A program made the position numbers and the translations under genes. From an uncultured delta proteobacterium (GTDB lineage: Bacteria; Myxococcota; Myxococcia; Myxococcales; Myxococcaceae), in assembly GCA_963776345.1 (NCBI GenBank), contig CAVZMH010000019.1:64001-128000 (forward strand): DNA of 64,000 nt, in the 5' to 3' direction. Position 1 is the first letter of the stretch, and every line of letters begins with the position of its first letter. Of this stretch, positions 9,957 through 20,936 are shown piece after piece. Below the pieces are notes generated by a model. It was not told where the DNA came from. It saw only the letters and a program-made list of their open reading frames with translations, and did not search any database.

Positions 9957-10510
9957 TCTCTCCGCGCGCCCTTCGGTCCGTCCTCTGCGCCCTGGTCCTC
10001 GGGCTGGCCGTGCTCTCCGGCTGCGGCGGGAGCACCCCGGCGCCTCCGCCTGCTCCGACCAAGGCCGCCGTCGCCAAGCCGCCGCCCGCGGCCGAACCGG
10101 CGGCGCCGGCCGCGCCGACGTACGTGTACAACCCCGTCGGGAAGCGGGACCCCTTCCGCAGCCCGGAGGCCGAGCCCGCGGCGCAGGCCGCGCTGGCCAA
10201 CGCCACCTGCACCGAGCCGCTCTGCCGGTTCGACGTGGATCAGCTCACCCTGGTGGCGGTGGTGAGCGGCGACGCGAATCCCTTGGCCATGGTGCAGGAC
10301 CCGGCGGGGCGCGGCTACTTCGTGCGCCGGAACACCCGGGTGGGGCGGCAGGGCGGAAAGGTCACGCAGATCATGAGCGACGCGGTCGTCATCACCGAGT
10401 ACTTCACCACCCCCGACGGGAAGACCACCGCGAACCCCGTCACGTTGGCCATCAAGTCCGAGAAGATCCCCGAGCAGGAGACCGATCTCGCGACGGGGAA
10501 GTCCTATTGA
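9953..10510 (+). CDS. pilP: Type IV pilus lipoprotein PilP
   Basis: Lipobox LSGC, YNPVGKRDPF; ATGA overlap. Confidence 0.92.
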   Translation: MISPRALRSVLCALVLGLAVLSGCGGSTPAPPPAPTKAAVAKPPPAAEPAAPAAPTYVYNPVGKRDPFRSPEAEPAAQAALANATCTEPLCRFDVDQLTLVAVVSGDANPLAMVQDPAGRGYFVRRNTRVGRQGGKVTQIMSDAVVITEYFTTPDGKTTANPVTLAIKSEKIPEQETDLATGKSY

Positions 10511-10532
10511 GGCCGGAGCGGAGAGCCCTGTG

Positions 10533-13280
10533 ATGCGTTCCCAGAGCGCAGTGACCCTGATCGGCTGTCTGGCGGTGATCGCCGCAGCGCCCTCTCTCGC
10601 CGCCGAGCCCAACGTGCTCCGCGACGTCCGCCTGGAGCCCACCGCCTCCGGCGCCCGGGTGGTGGTGACCGGCAGCCGCCCGCCGGTCTTCACCGTCTTC
10701 CGGCTCGCCGGCCCGGATCGCCTGGTGGTCGACGTGGCCTCCGCCGACGCGAGCGCGGTCCGCGGCGCCCGCGAAGGCCAGGGCCCCGTCGGGGGCATCA
10801 ACGTCTCCCAGTTCACCGACTCGACGTCCAGCGTGGGCCGGGTGCTGATCACGCTGCGCGCGGCAAAGAGCTACGACGTGAAGGCGGACGGGAACCAGCT
10901 CCTCGTCTCGGTCCTGGGCGAGGGTGAGACCTCCGCCCCGGTGGCGAACGCCGGGCCGCCGGCGGTCCCCGCGCCTCGCGCCGCCGCCCCCACCCCCGCT
11001 GCTGCGGCGCCCGCCGCTCCGGTCGAGAGCCGCGCGGCCGAGGCGACCGAGCCCGCCGCGTCGTCGTCGGACGTGGTCTCGGTGGCGCGCGAGACCCGCC
11101 AGGTCAGGACCCCGGCCCGGCGCCTCACCGCGGCGCGGGTCCAGGGCAGCACCCTGCATCTCTCGTTCGACGGCGAGGTGCGGGGCTACGAGCTTCTCCG
11201 CCTGACCGGTCCGAGCCGGCTCGCGCTGGACGTCACCGGGGTGAAGCTCGCCACGTCGGTGCGCCGCGCGCCCTCCGGGCCCTTCTCCACGCTCCGCGCC
11301 GGGGCCCATCCGGACAAGGTGCGGCTGGTGGTGGACGTGGACCCGGCGCTCGAGGCGAAGGTGAGCTTCACCCCGCACGGGGTCCGCTGGGCCGTCTCCC
11401 CGCCTTCGGCGCCGGCGGCCGCCTCCGCGCCCCCGGCCGTGTCCGCCGCTCCGGGCCGCGGAAAGGGCGACCTCCAGGACGGCGAGGTGGAGATCGACGG
11501 CCGCCGGGTGGTCACCGCCGCGGCGGCGCCCGCGCAGGGCGGTCCGGCGGAGATGCTCGATCTCGGCTTCGTCGAGTCGTCGCGGGGCGGGCGCATCCAG
11601 ATCAAGCTCAGCCGCGCGGCCCAGTTCGAGGTGGAGCGCCCCGATGACCGCGGCGCGGTGCTGACCCTGACCGGGGTGCGACTCCCCAAGCGGCTGGAGC
11701 GCAGCCTGGACACCTCGGCGCTGGAGACGCCGATCAAGATGATCAGCACCTTCGCCGTCCCGGGCGACGCCCGGAAGGTCAGGGTGGTGGTCGCCGCCGA
11801 CGGGGCGCTCACCGAGCGCGCCGAGCGTGCGCCGGACGGTCTGGTGTGGCACCTCGAGGCCAAGGGGCTGAAGACCGAGGAGGTCGCGGTGTCGAACCGC
11901 ACCGCCGCCTTCACCACCGAGCCGGCCGTGGTCGTCGCCCAGACCGCCACCGGCCGGACCCGCTACGTGGGCAAGAAGGTGTCCTTCGAGTTCAAGGACA
12001 TCGACATCCACAACCTGCTCCGGGTCATCGCCGAGGTCAGCAAGAAGAACATCGTGGTGGCCGACGACGTGACCGGGAAGATCACCATCCGTCTCCGGAA
12101 CGTCCCCTGGGACCAGGCGCTGGACATCATCCTGGCCAGCAAGGGCCTGGGGAAGGAGGAGATCGGCGACATCATCCGCGTCGCCCCGCTCAAGACGCTC
12201 GAGGAGGAGGCGCGCTCGCGCGAGGAGCGGAAGAAGGCCCTGCGGCGGCAGGAGGACCTGGTGGTGCAGCTGATCCCGGTCAACTATGCCGCGGCGGGCG
12301 ACATGGCCTCGCGGGTCAAGGACGTCCTGAGCGAGCGGGGCACGGTCGCGGTCGACACCCGGACCAACACCCTGGTGGTGCGGGACATCGGCAGCAACAT
12401 CGGAAAGGCGCGCAGCCTGGTGGAGAAGCTGGACTCCATCACGCCCCAGGTCCTGATCGAGAGCCGCATCGTCGAGGCCAACACCAGCTTCTCGCGCAAC
12501 ATCGGAGTCCAGTGGGGCGGCTTCGGTCAGGCCGCGCCCGCCACCGGCAACGCCACCGGTCTGAGCTTCCCCAACACCGTCCGGGTGACCGGCGGAACCG
12601 ACCTGGGAGACGCCTCGGCCGCCGGCATCTCCACTGCGCCGAACTTCGCGGTGAACCTCCCGGCCGCGGTCGGCGCGGGCTCCGGTGGCGCCCTCGGCTT
12701 CGTCTTCGGCTCGGCCAACGGGGCGTTGAACCTCAACCTCCGGCTCTCGGCGGCCGAGAGCAGCGGCGACGTGAAGACCATCAGCGCGCCCAAGGTCACC
12801 ACCTTGCAGAACCAGAAGGCGACCATCAGCCAGGGCGTGTCCATCCCCTTCAGCCAGGTGTCCGCCCAGGGCGTGAACACCACCTTCGTCGAGGCCCGGC
12901 TGCAGCTGGACGTGACGCCGCACATCACCTCGGACGGCAGCGTGCTGATGGCCATCAAGGCCACCAACAACCAGCCGGACCCCTCGAACACCGGCGCCAA
13001 CGGCCAGCCCGCAATCCAGAAGAAGGAGGCGGAGACGCAGGTGCTGGTGAAGGACGGCGACACCACCGTCATCGGCGGGATCTACGTCCGCCGCGGAGCG
13101 ACCACCGAGGCCGGCGTGCCCTGGCTGATGAAGATCCCCATCCTGGGGTTCTTCTTCAAGACCAACACCATCTCCGAGAACCGCCAGGAGCTCCTGATCT
13201 TCATCACCCCGCGCATCGTGACCCAGAGCGGGTCACGGCCGGTGGCATCGGCGAGCGCGCCGGCTGGAGGGAATCAATGA
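10533..13280 (+). CDS. pilQ: Type IV pilus secretin PilQ with N-terminal AMIN-like domains
   Basis: Signal peptide; RLVVDV-type repeats; VPWDQALD, QVLIESRIVE, VPWLMKIPILGFFF, ELLIFITPRI. Confidence 0.95.
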   Translation: MRSQSAVTLIGCLAVIAAAPSLAAEPNVLRDVRLEPTASGARVVVTGSRPPVFTVFRLAGPDRLVVDVASADASAVRGAREGQGPVGGINVSQFTDSTSSVGRVLITLRAAKSYDVKADGNQLLVSVLGEGETSAPVANAGPPAVPAPRAAAPTPAAAAPAAPVESRAAEATEPAASSSDVVSVARETRQVRTPARRLTAARVQGSTLHLSFDGEVRGYELLRLTGPSRLALDVTGVKLATSVRRAPSGPFSTLRAGAHPDKVRLVVDVDPALEAKVSFTPHGVRWAVSPPSAPAAASAPPAVSAAPGRGKGDLQDGEVEIDGRRVVTAAAAPAQGGPAEMLDLGFVESSRGGRIQIKLSRAAQFEVERPDDRGAVLTLTGVRLPKRLERSLDTSALETPIKMISTFAVPGDARKVRVVVAADGALTERAERAPDGLVWHLEAKGLKTEEVAVSNRTAAFTTEPAVVVAQTATGRTRYVGKKVSFEFKDIDIHNLLRVIAEVSKKNIVVADDVTGKITIRLRNVPWDQALDIILASKGLGKEEIGDIIRVAPLKTLEEEARSREERKKALRRQEDLVVQLIPVNYAAAGDMASRVKDVLSERGTVAVDTRTNTLVVRDIGSNIGKARSLVEKLDSITPQVLIESRIVEANTSFSRNIGVQWGGFGQAAPATGNATGLSFPNTVRVTGGTDLGDASAAGISTAPNFAVNLPAAVGAGSGGALGFVFGSANGALNLNLRLSAAESSGDVKTISAPKVTTLQNQKATISQGVSIPFSQVSAQGVNTTFVEARLQLDVTPHITSDGSVLMAIKATNNQPDPSNTGANGQPAIQKKEAETQVLVKDGDTTVIGGIYVRRGATTEAGVPWLMKIPILGFFFKTNTISENRQELLIFITPRIVTQSGSRPVASASAPAGGNQ

Positions 13281-13990
13281 GCTCTCGCAACGGAGTCCTG
13301 ACGCTGGTGGCGCTGACCACGGCGCTGCTGCTCGCCGGGTGCTCCGCCGACCCGCTGAACATCGTCATCCTCAACGCCCGCGCTCCGACCGACAAGTGCG
13401 ACTTCAGCGACGACACCCTGTACAACCCCGGCGGGTCGCTGGACCTCACCCCCTACTACTTGGTCGACCCCGCCGCCAACCCGGGCGCGGTCCCCGCGGT
13501 GACCGGTCGCTACTACCAGGTGTTCTCCTGGCAGAACAACCTCGTGTCCACTCCGATCTCGGTCAACGGTCAGGTCGTCGATCCGGGCACCGGCAACGAC
13601 TTCATCGCCGACAGCGTCGTCTACGAGTACCAGTACGCGGACCCTTCCGTCGTCCTCGCGCCGGAGTCCGACAACCTGCGTGCGGTGATCGCCGCCGGCG
13701 GCCCGCCCGACAAGAACAGCGTCCCGGCCGACCTCATCCAGCCCAATGCCCGGGCGGCGATCGAGGGCAGCACCGCGATCGACACCAGCTCGCAGAAGCT
13801 CCTGGTCACCTTCCAGATCTTCGGGAAGCTCGCCGGGGGCAGCTCGAACCACACCAACAAGGTCACGTTCCCGGTCACCGTGTACCGGAGGTCGACGACC
13901 CCCCTCAACTGCTTCCCGGCCCTCGTGCCCAACGGGGGCCCGTGCCTGACTCCCGGGCGCGATCAGCCCGTCTCCTGCAAGACTCCCTAG
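13277..13990 (+). CDS. Lipoprotein of unknown function
   Basis: SD GGAGG, lipobox LAGC, ATGA overlap with pilQ, strong GC3 bias. Confidence 0.8.
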   Translation: MSSRNGVLTLVALTTALLLAGCSADPLNIVILNARAPTDKCDFSDDTLYNPGGSLDLTPYYLVDPAANPGAVPAVTGRYYQVFSWQNNLVSTPISVNGQVVDPGTGNDFIADSVVYEYQYADPSVVLAPESDNLRAVIAAGGPPDKNSVPADLIQPNARAAIEGSTAIDTSSQKLLVTFQIFGKLAGGSSNHTNKVTFPVTVYRRSTTPLNCFPALVPNGGPCLTPGRDQPVSCKTP

Positions 13991-13998
13991 GCTCGGAG

Positions 13999-14361
13999 AT
14001 GGCCTTCCTTCCCCTGCTCGAGGAGGTGGTCCGCTCCGTGGACGGAGCCCTGGCCTGCTCGGTCATGGGCTTCGACGGCATCTCGGTGGAGAGCTTCCAG
14101 GTGGACGCCGCCTCCGACCTGGACGTCCAGTCGACGCTGATCGAGTACGCGGCGGTGCTGGGGCAGGTGAAGAACGCCGCCCAGCTCCTCAAGACCGGGG
14201 CGGTCAACGAGGTGAGCATCAACTCCGACCAGGTGCTCACCATCATGCGCCTGGTGACCGACGAGTACTTCCTGGTCCTGGCGCTCTCTGCGCGCGGCAA
14301 CTACGGCAAGGGCCGGTACGCGCTGAGGATCGCCGCGCCGCGCATCCGCGCCGAGCTGTAG
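13999..14361 (+). CDS. mglC: Roadblock/LC7 protein, MglC-like
   Basis: 120 aa, SVMGFDGI and GNYGKGRY; position between pilQ region and efp as in myxobacteria. Confidence 0.8.
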   Translation: MAFLPLLEEVVRSVDGALACSVMGFDGISVESFQVDAASDLDVQSTLIEYAAVLGQVKNAAQLLKTGAVNEVSINSDQVLTIMRLVTDEYFLVLALSARGNYGKGRYALRIAAPRIRAEL

Positions 14362-14429
14362 CGCCCACCCATCCCCGGAGCCCAAGCCCCTTCCCACTCG
14401 GGGGCCGCTCGGGGTAAGGGGCACCCCCC

Positions 14430-15005
14430 ATGGCCGGTGTCATCGATACATCCGAGTTCCGCAAGGGCCTGAAGATCGAGGTCGACGGAGAGCCCTACGA
14501 GATCATCGAGTTCCAGCACGTGAAGCCGGGGAAGGGCTCGGCCTTCGTCCGCACCAGCATCAAGAGCCTGCTCTCCGGCCGCGTGCTGCAGCCCACCTTC
14601 AAGAGCGGCGACAAGGTCGGCAAGCCGGACATCGAGGAACGGCAGATGCAGTACCTCTACCAGCAGGGCGACGACTACTACTTCATGGACACCCGGAACT
14701 ACGAGCAGACCTTCCTGGGCGAGGCGGTGCTGGGCGAGTCGCGCAACTACCTCAAGGAGAACATCGAGGCCTCGGTGCTCTTCTACAACGGCAAGGCCAT
14801 CGGGGTGTCGCTGCCCAACTCGGTCGACCTGAAGGTCGTGAAGTGCGACCCCGGCATCCGCGGCGACACGGTGAGCGGCGCCACCAAGCCCGCGGAGCTG
14901 GAGACCGGCTACGTGGTGAACGTCCCGCTGTTCATCAACGAGGGCGACGTCTTGAAGATCGACACCCGGGACGGCAAGTACCTCACTCGCGTGGCCGCCG
15001 CCTGA
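14430..15005 (+). CDS. efp: Elongation factor P
   Basis: [30 protein letters not shown]. Confidence 0.97.
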   Translation: MAGVIDTSEFRKGLKIEVDGEPYEIIEFQHVKPGKGSAFVRTSIKSLLSGRVLQPTFKSGDKVGKPDIEERQMQYLYQQGDDYYFMDTRNYEQTFLGEAVLGESRNYLKENIEASVLFYNGKAIGVSLPNSVDLKVVKCDPGIRGDTVSGATKPAELETGYVVNVPLFINEGDVLKIDTRDGKYLTRVAAA

Positions 15006-15007
15006 CC

Positions 15008-15553
<546 letters not shown>

Positions 15554-15573
15554 GCCGCCCCGCCCGCGCCCCC

Positions 15574-16959
<1,386 letters not shown>

Positions 16960-16996
16960 CCCCTCGGACTCCCTGGGGAACAGCTCGGCACGTTCC

Positions 16997-17026
16997 TTGA
17001 CGGTCGCGCCGCCGCCACGCTACCGT
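16997..17026 (+). promoter_or_regulatory. Putative sigma70-type promoter for the sgmX-like gene
   Basis: TTGACG-N18-TACCGT in the intergenic gap. Confidence 0.55.
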
Positions 17027-17098
17027 CCGAGGTGGAGACTCCCCGGCTACCGCCTGCGGGCCCGACCCCCCTCGGGCGCGCAGGCGCCGGCGCCGTCG

Positions 17099-20005
17099 AT
17101 GGACAAGACCAAGATCATCGAGGGCGCGGCCAAGCTCGTCGCCAAGGGAGCCTTCGACAAGGCCATCCGCGAGTACCAGAAGGTACTCGACCTGGACCCG
17201 CGTGACGTCCGCGTGCTCCAGAAGATGGGCGAGCTGTACCAGAAGAAGGGCGACAACCCGCAGGCCGCGTCCTTCTTCACCCGCGTGGCCGAGGTGTACG
17301 CGCAGGACGGGTTCTTCCTGAAGGCGGTCGCCCTCTACAAGCAGGTGCTGAAGCTCAACCCCGACCTGGTCGAGGTCAATGTCAAGCTGGCGGAGCTGCA
17401 CCAGCACCTCGGGCTGATGACCGAGGCGATGGCCTTCTTCCAGGTGGTGGTCGTCCACCACGAGCGGAAGGGCGACTCCAAGGCCACCTTCGCCACCCTG
17501 AAGAAGATGGTGGACCTCGACCCGGAGAACGTCTCCAGCCGCCTGAAGCTCGCCGAGCTCTACGCCCGCGAGCAGATGGGTGGCGAGGCGCTGGCCGAGT
17601 TCAAGCGCTCCGCCGACTGGCTGGAGCGCAACAACCGCCCCGACGAGCGGCTGCGCGTCCTGGAGCGCATCGCCTCGCTCGAGCCGGACAACGTCCAGCT
17701 TGCCCGGAGCCTGGCCCACGACTACCTGGCGCGCGGGGACCACAAGCGCGCGCTGGCCAAGCTGCAGCTCTGCTTCAAGGCCGACCCGCGCGACATCCCC
17801 ACCCTGATTCTCCTCGCGCAGGCCTTCACCGCGCTCAACCACACCAGCAAGACGCTCAGCGTCTACAAGGAGCTGGCCAAGCTCCACGCCGAGCGCAACC
17901 AGCACTCCGAGTCGCGCGACGCCTGGGGGAAGATCGAGCGGCTGGATCCGTCCGACCCGGACCTCCTGGCGTGGAAGGCGAGCCAGAGGCCCACGGCGGC
18001 GGCCCCGGCGCCCGCGGCGGCCCGCCCGGCCCGGACCTCCGTGTCCCAGGCGATCGCCGCCGTCCAGGCGGCGGCCCCGCCCCCACCGCCTCCGCCGCCC
18101 GCGCCGGCCGCCACGGTCTCGCTGACCCGGGAGCAGATCCTGAAGCTGCTCGCCGAGACGGACGTCTACGTGAAGTACGGGCTGCACGACAAGGCGCTGG
18201 AGCACCTGCGGCGCATCTTCGCCGTGGACCCCGAGAACCTCGACGCGCACGAGAAGGCCTACGTCATCTACCGGGCGGCGGGGCAGGGGGCCCAGGCCAC
18301 CGAGCAGCTGCTCAACGTGCTCCGGCTCTGCACCCGCGGCCTGGAGCGCCAGCGCGCCCAGCCCTACCTGGACACGCTGCTCTCCGAGGCGCCCGGTCAT
18401 CCGGAGATGCCGGCGTTCCTGGCCGTGCTCCGGCCGCAGGCGGTGCGGGGCGGGGCGGATCCGACGCTCGACACCGCCGCGGGCGACGAGGAGGTGCTGC
18501 TCGCCGACGAAGGGCTGGACAGCTCCTCCGACGACCTGGCGCTCAGGAACGCCGCGGGCGACGACGAGCTGCTCGCCGAGGACGACGAGGCGATGCTGGT
18601 CGACGACGGGCCCGAGCCGTCGCCGCTCCGGGGCGGAGCCGACGAGCCGCTGACCGGCGGACGCGGGGGCGCGGTGCTCGTCCCGCCTGCTCCCCAGGTC
18701 GACGGGTACGGCGACGCCACGCCCTACGGGGACGAGGCCGCGGAGCGCACCGAGATGAACGAGGCGCTCGGGGCTTACGAGCCGGGCGTGGAGAGCGCCG
18801 TCGAGCTGCCTCCCGACGAGGAGGTGGTCCTCACCCCCGCGCCGCCGGCGCCTCCTCCTCCGCGCCCGGCACCCGCCCGTGCGGTGGCTCCGCCCCCCGC
18901 TCCGACCGGTCGCGTGGCCTCGGCCGGGACGAACGGAGCGTTCGCCAGGACTGCGCCCGCTCCGGCGCCGGGTCCGACGGGCCGCCCGGCCCCGGCGGGC
19001 ACGAACGGTGCACTCAGGCGGGGCGCTCCGTCTCCGCCGTCCACGCCTCCACCCACCCCGGCTCCCCCCGCCCCCGCCCGCGCCGCGGCCCGGACCGCCC
19101 CGGAGGAGAGCGGCCCCATCACCGAGGAGCTGAACGAGGCCAGCTTCTTCCTGGATCAGGGGCTGCTCGACGAGGCACGCGAGGTGTTGGACACGGTGGA
19201 GCTGGTCCGCCCCGGTCTCCCCCGGACGGCGACGCTGCGCGACCGGCTCGCGGCGCTGGAGGCGGCGAAGGACGCGCAGCCCTCCACGCCCACGCCTCCG
19301 CCCCGGGCGGCTCCCCCGGGCGTCGAGCCCATCCCGTTGCGCACCGGCTCGTACAACCTCGCCGAGGAGCTGGCGGACGAGCTCGAGGAGCTCGGGCCGG
19401 CGCCGGAGGAAGAGCCCACGCCCGCGCCGGTGGCGGATTTCCAGTACTCGGTGGAGGAGGTCTTCACCGAGTTCAAGAAGGGGCTCGAGCGCGTCGTGCA
19501 GCGCGGCGACGTGGACACCCACTACGACCTGGGCATCGCCTACAAGGAGATGGGCCTGCTGGACGACGCGGTGCAAGTCTTCGAGGTCGCGCGCCAGGGG
19601 TGCCAGGGGCAGCCGAAGGAGGTGGACTGCCTCACCATGATCGGCCTCCTGCAGGGGATGCGGGGTGATCCCCAGCTGGCCGTCGCCGCCTTCCGCGACG
19701 CCCTGGCCAGCCCCCACGCCGGTCCGCGGGAGGTCAGCCTCCGGTACGAGCTCGCCCTCGCGCACGAGGCGGCCGGCGCCGGTGGCAAGGCGCTGGGGCA
19801 GTACCTGGCGGTCGAGAAGGCCGAGCCCACCCACCGGGACGTGGCGGACCGGGTGCGGAGGCTGTCGGCCACGGTGCGCCCGGAGGACGACGGGCCCGCG
19901 CGCCTCGCCACCTCCGTCGCTGCTCGGCCGGTACCCACCCGGCCGTCCTCCGCTGACCCCGCGCCCGCGGTGCCTGCGAAGACGCGCAAGGTGGGCTACT
20001 TGTAG
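17099..20005 (+). CDS. sgmX: TPR polarity/motility protein, SgmX-like
   Basis: N-terminal TPR array, ETDVYVKYGL, acidic/Pro-rich linker, THYDLGIAYKEMGL C-terminal TPRs; position after accC. Confidence 0.8.
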   Translation: MDKTKIIEGAAKLVAKGAFDKAIREYQKVLDLDPRDVRVLQKMGELYQKKGDNPQAASFFTRVAEVYAQDGFFLKAVALYKQVLKLNPDLVEVNVKLAELHQHLGLMTEAMAFFQVVVVHHERKGDSKATFATLKKMVDLDPENVSSRLKLAELYAREQMGGEALAEFKRSADWLERNNRPDERLRVLERIASLEPDNVQLARSLAHDYLARGDHKRALAKLQLCFKADPRDIPTLILLAQAFTALNHTSKTLSVYKELAKLHAERNQHSESRDAWGKIERLDPSDPDLLAWKASQRPTAAAPAPAAARPARTSVSQAIAAVQAAAPPPPPPPPAPAATVSLTREQILKLLAETDVYVKYGLHDKALEHLRRIFAVDPENLDAHEKAYVIYRAAGQGAQATEQLLNVLRLCTRGLERQRAQPYLDTLLSEAPGHPEMPAFLAVLRPQAVRGGADPTLDTAAGDEEVLLADEGLDSSSDDLALRNAAGDDELLAEDDEAMLVDDGPEPSPLRGGADEPLTGGRGGAVLVPPAPQVDGYGDATPYGDEAAERTEMNEALGAYEPGVESAVELPPDEEVVLTPAPPAPPPPRPAPARAVAPPPAPTGRVASAGTNGAFARTAPAPAPGPTGRPAPAGTNGALRRGAPSPPSTPPPTPAPPAPARAAARTAPEESGPITEELNEASFFLDQGLLDEAREVLDTVELVRPGLPRTATLRDRLAALEAAKDAQPSTPTPPPRAAPPGVEPIPLRTGSYNLAEELADELEELGPAPEEEPTPAPVADFQYSVEEVFTEFKKGLERVVQRGDVDTHYDLGIAYKEMGLLDDAVQVFEVARQGCQGQPKEVDCLTMIGLLQGMRGDPQLAVAAFRDALASPHAGPREVSLRYELALAHEAAGAGGKALGQYLAVEKAEPTHRDVADRVRRLSATVRPEDDGPARLATSVAARPVPTRPSSADPAPAVPAKTRKVGYL

Positions 20006-20019
20006 AGGCTCCACCGACG

Positions 20020-20931
20020 ATGAGCTACCTGGAACACTTCGGCCTGACGGAGGAGCCCTTCTCCAACGCTCCGGTCAGCCGCTTCTACTTCGAGTCGCCC
20101 CAGCACCAGCAGGCGCTGGTCCGCCTCACCCACGCGGTGTCGCGGATGCGCGGCCTCTCGGTGCTGGTGGGGGACATCGGGGCGGGAAAGACCACGCTCG
20201 CCCGGAGGCTGCTCGACGCGCTGCCCGAGGAGGAGTACGAGGCCGCGCTCTTCGTCATCATCCACTCCGGCGTCACCGCATCCTGGCTGCTCCGGCGCAT
20301 CGCGCTGCAGCTCGGGGTCGAGAACCCGGCGCAGGAGAAGCTCGCGCTCCTGAGCCAGCTCTACCAGCGCCTGGTGCAGATCCACGAGCAGGGCCGGAAG
20401 GCGGTGGTGCTCATCGACGAGGCCCAGATGCTCGAGACCCGCGAGCTGATGGAGGAGTTCCGCGGGCTGCTCAACCTCGAGATGCCGGAGCGGAAGCTCA
20501 TCTCCTTCGTCTTCTTTGGGCTTCCGGAGATCGAGCGGAACCTCCGGCTGGACCCGCCGCTGGCCCAGCGGGTGGCGATGCGTTACCGCCTCGAGCCGCT
20601 GAACGCCGAGAGCACGCGCTCCTACATCGAGCATCGCATCCGCACCGCCGGGGGAACCGGCGTCCCCTTCACCCCGGCGGCGATCGAGGTGCTGCACCAG
20701 CTCTCCGGCGGCTCGCCGCGCATCATCAACACGCTCGGTGACAACGCGCTGTTCGAGGCGTACCTGGCGCAGGAGACGACGGTGGACGCCCCGCGCATCG
20801 AGGAGATCGCCCGGAACCTGGCGCTCGGCCCGGCGGAGGGGACGAGCGCCAACGGCGCGCCGGCCCAGGCCCCCGCCGGAAACGTGGACCTCTCCGAGGT
20901 GGACCGCTACCTCGAGAGCCTGAAGAGCTAG
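20020..20931 (+). CDS. ExeA/GspA-family AAA ATPase
   Basis: YLEHFGL.EEPFS, GDIGAGKTT, IDEAQ, GSPRIINTL. Confidence 0.9.
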   Translation: MSYLEHFGLTEEPFSNAPVSRFYFESPQHQQALVRLTHAVSRMRGLSVLVGDIGAGKTTLARRLLDALPEEEYEAALFVIIHSGVTASWLLRRIALQLGVENPAQEKLALLSQLYQRLVQIHEQGRKAVVLIDEAQMLETRELMEEFRGLLNLEMPERKLISFVFFGLPEIERNLRLDPPLAQRVAMRYRLEPLNAESTRSYIEHRIRTAGGTGVPFTPAAIEVLHQLSGGSPRIINTLGDNALFEAYLAQETTVDAPRIEEIARNLALGPAEGTSANGAPAQAPAGNVDLSEVDRYLESLKS

Positions 20932-20936
20932 TGCCG

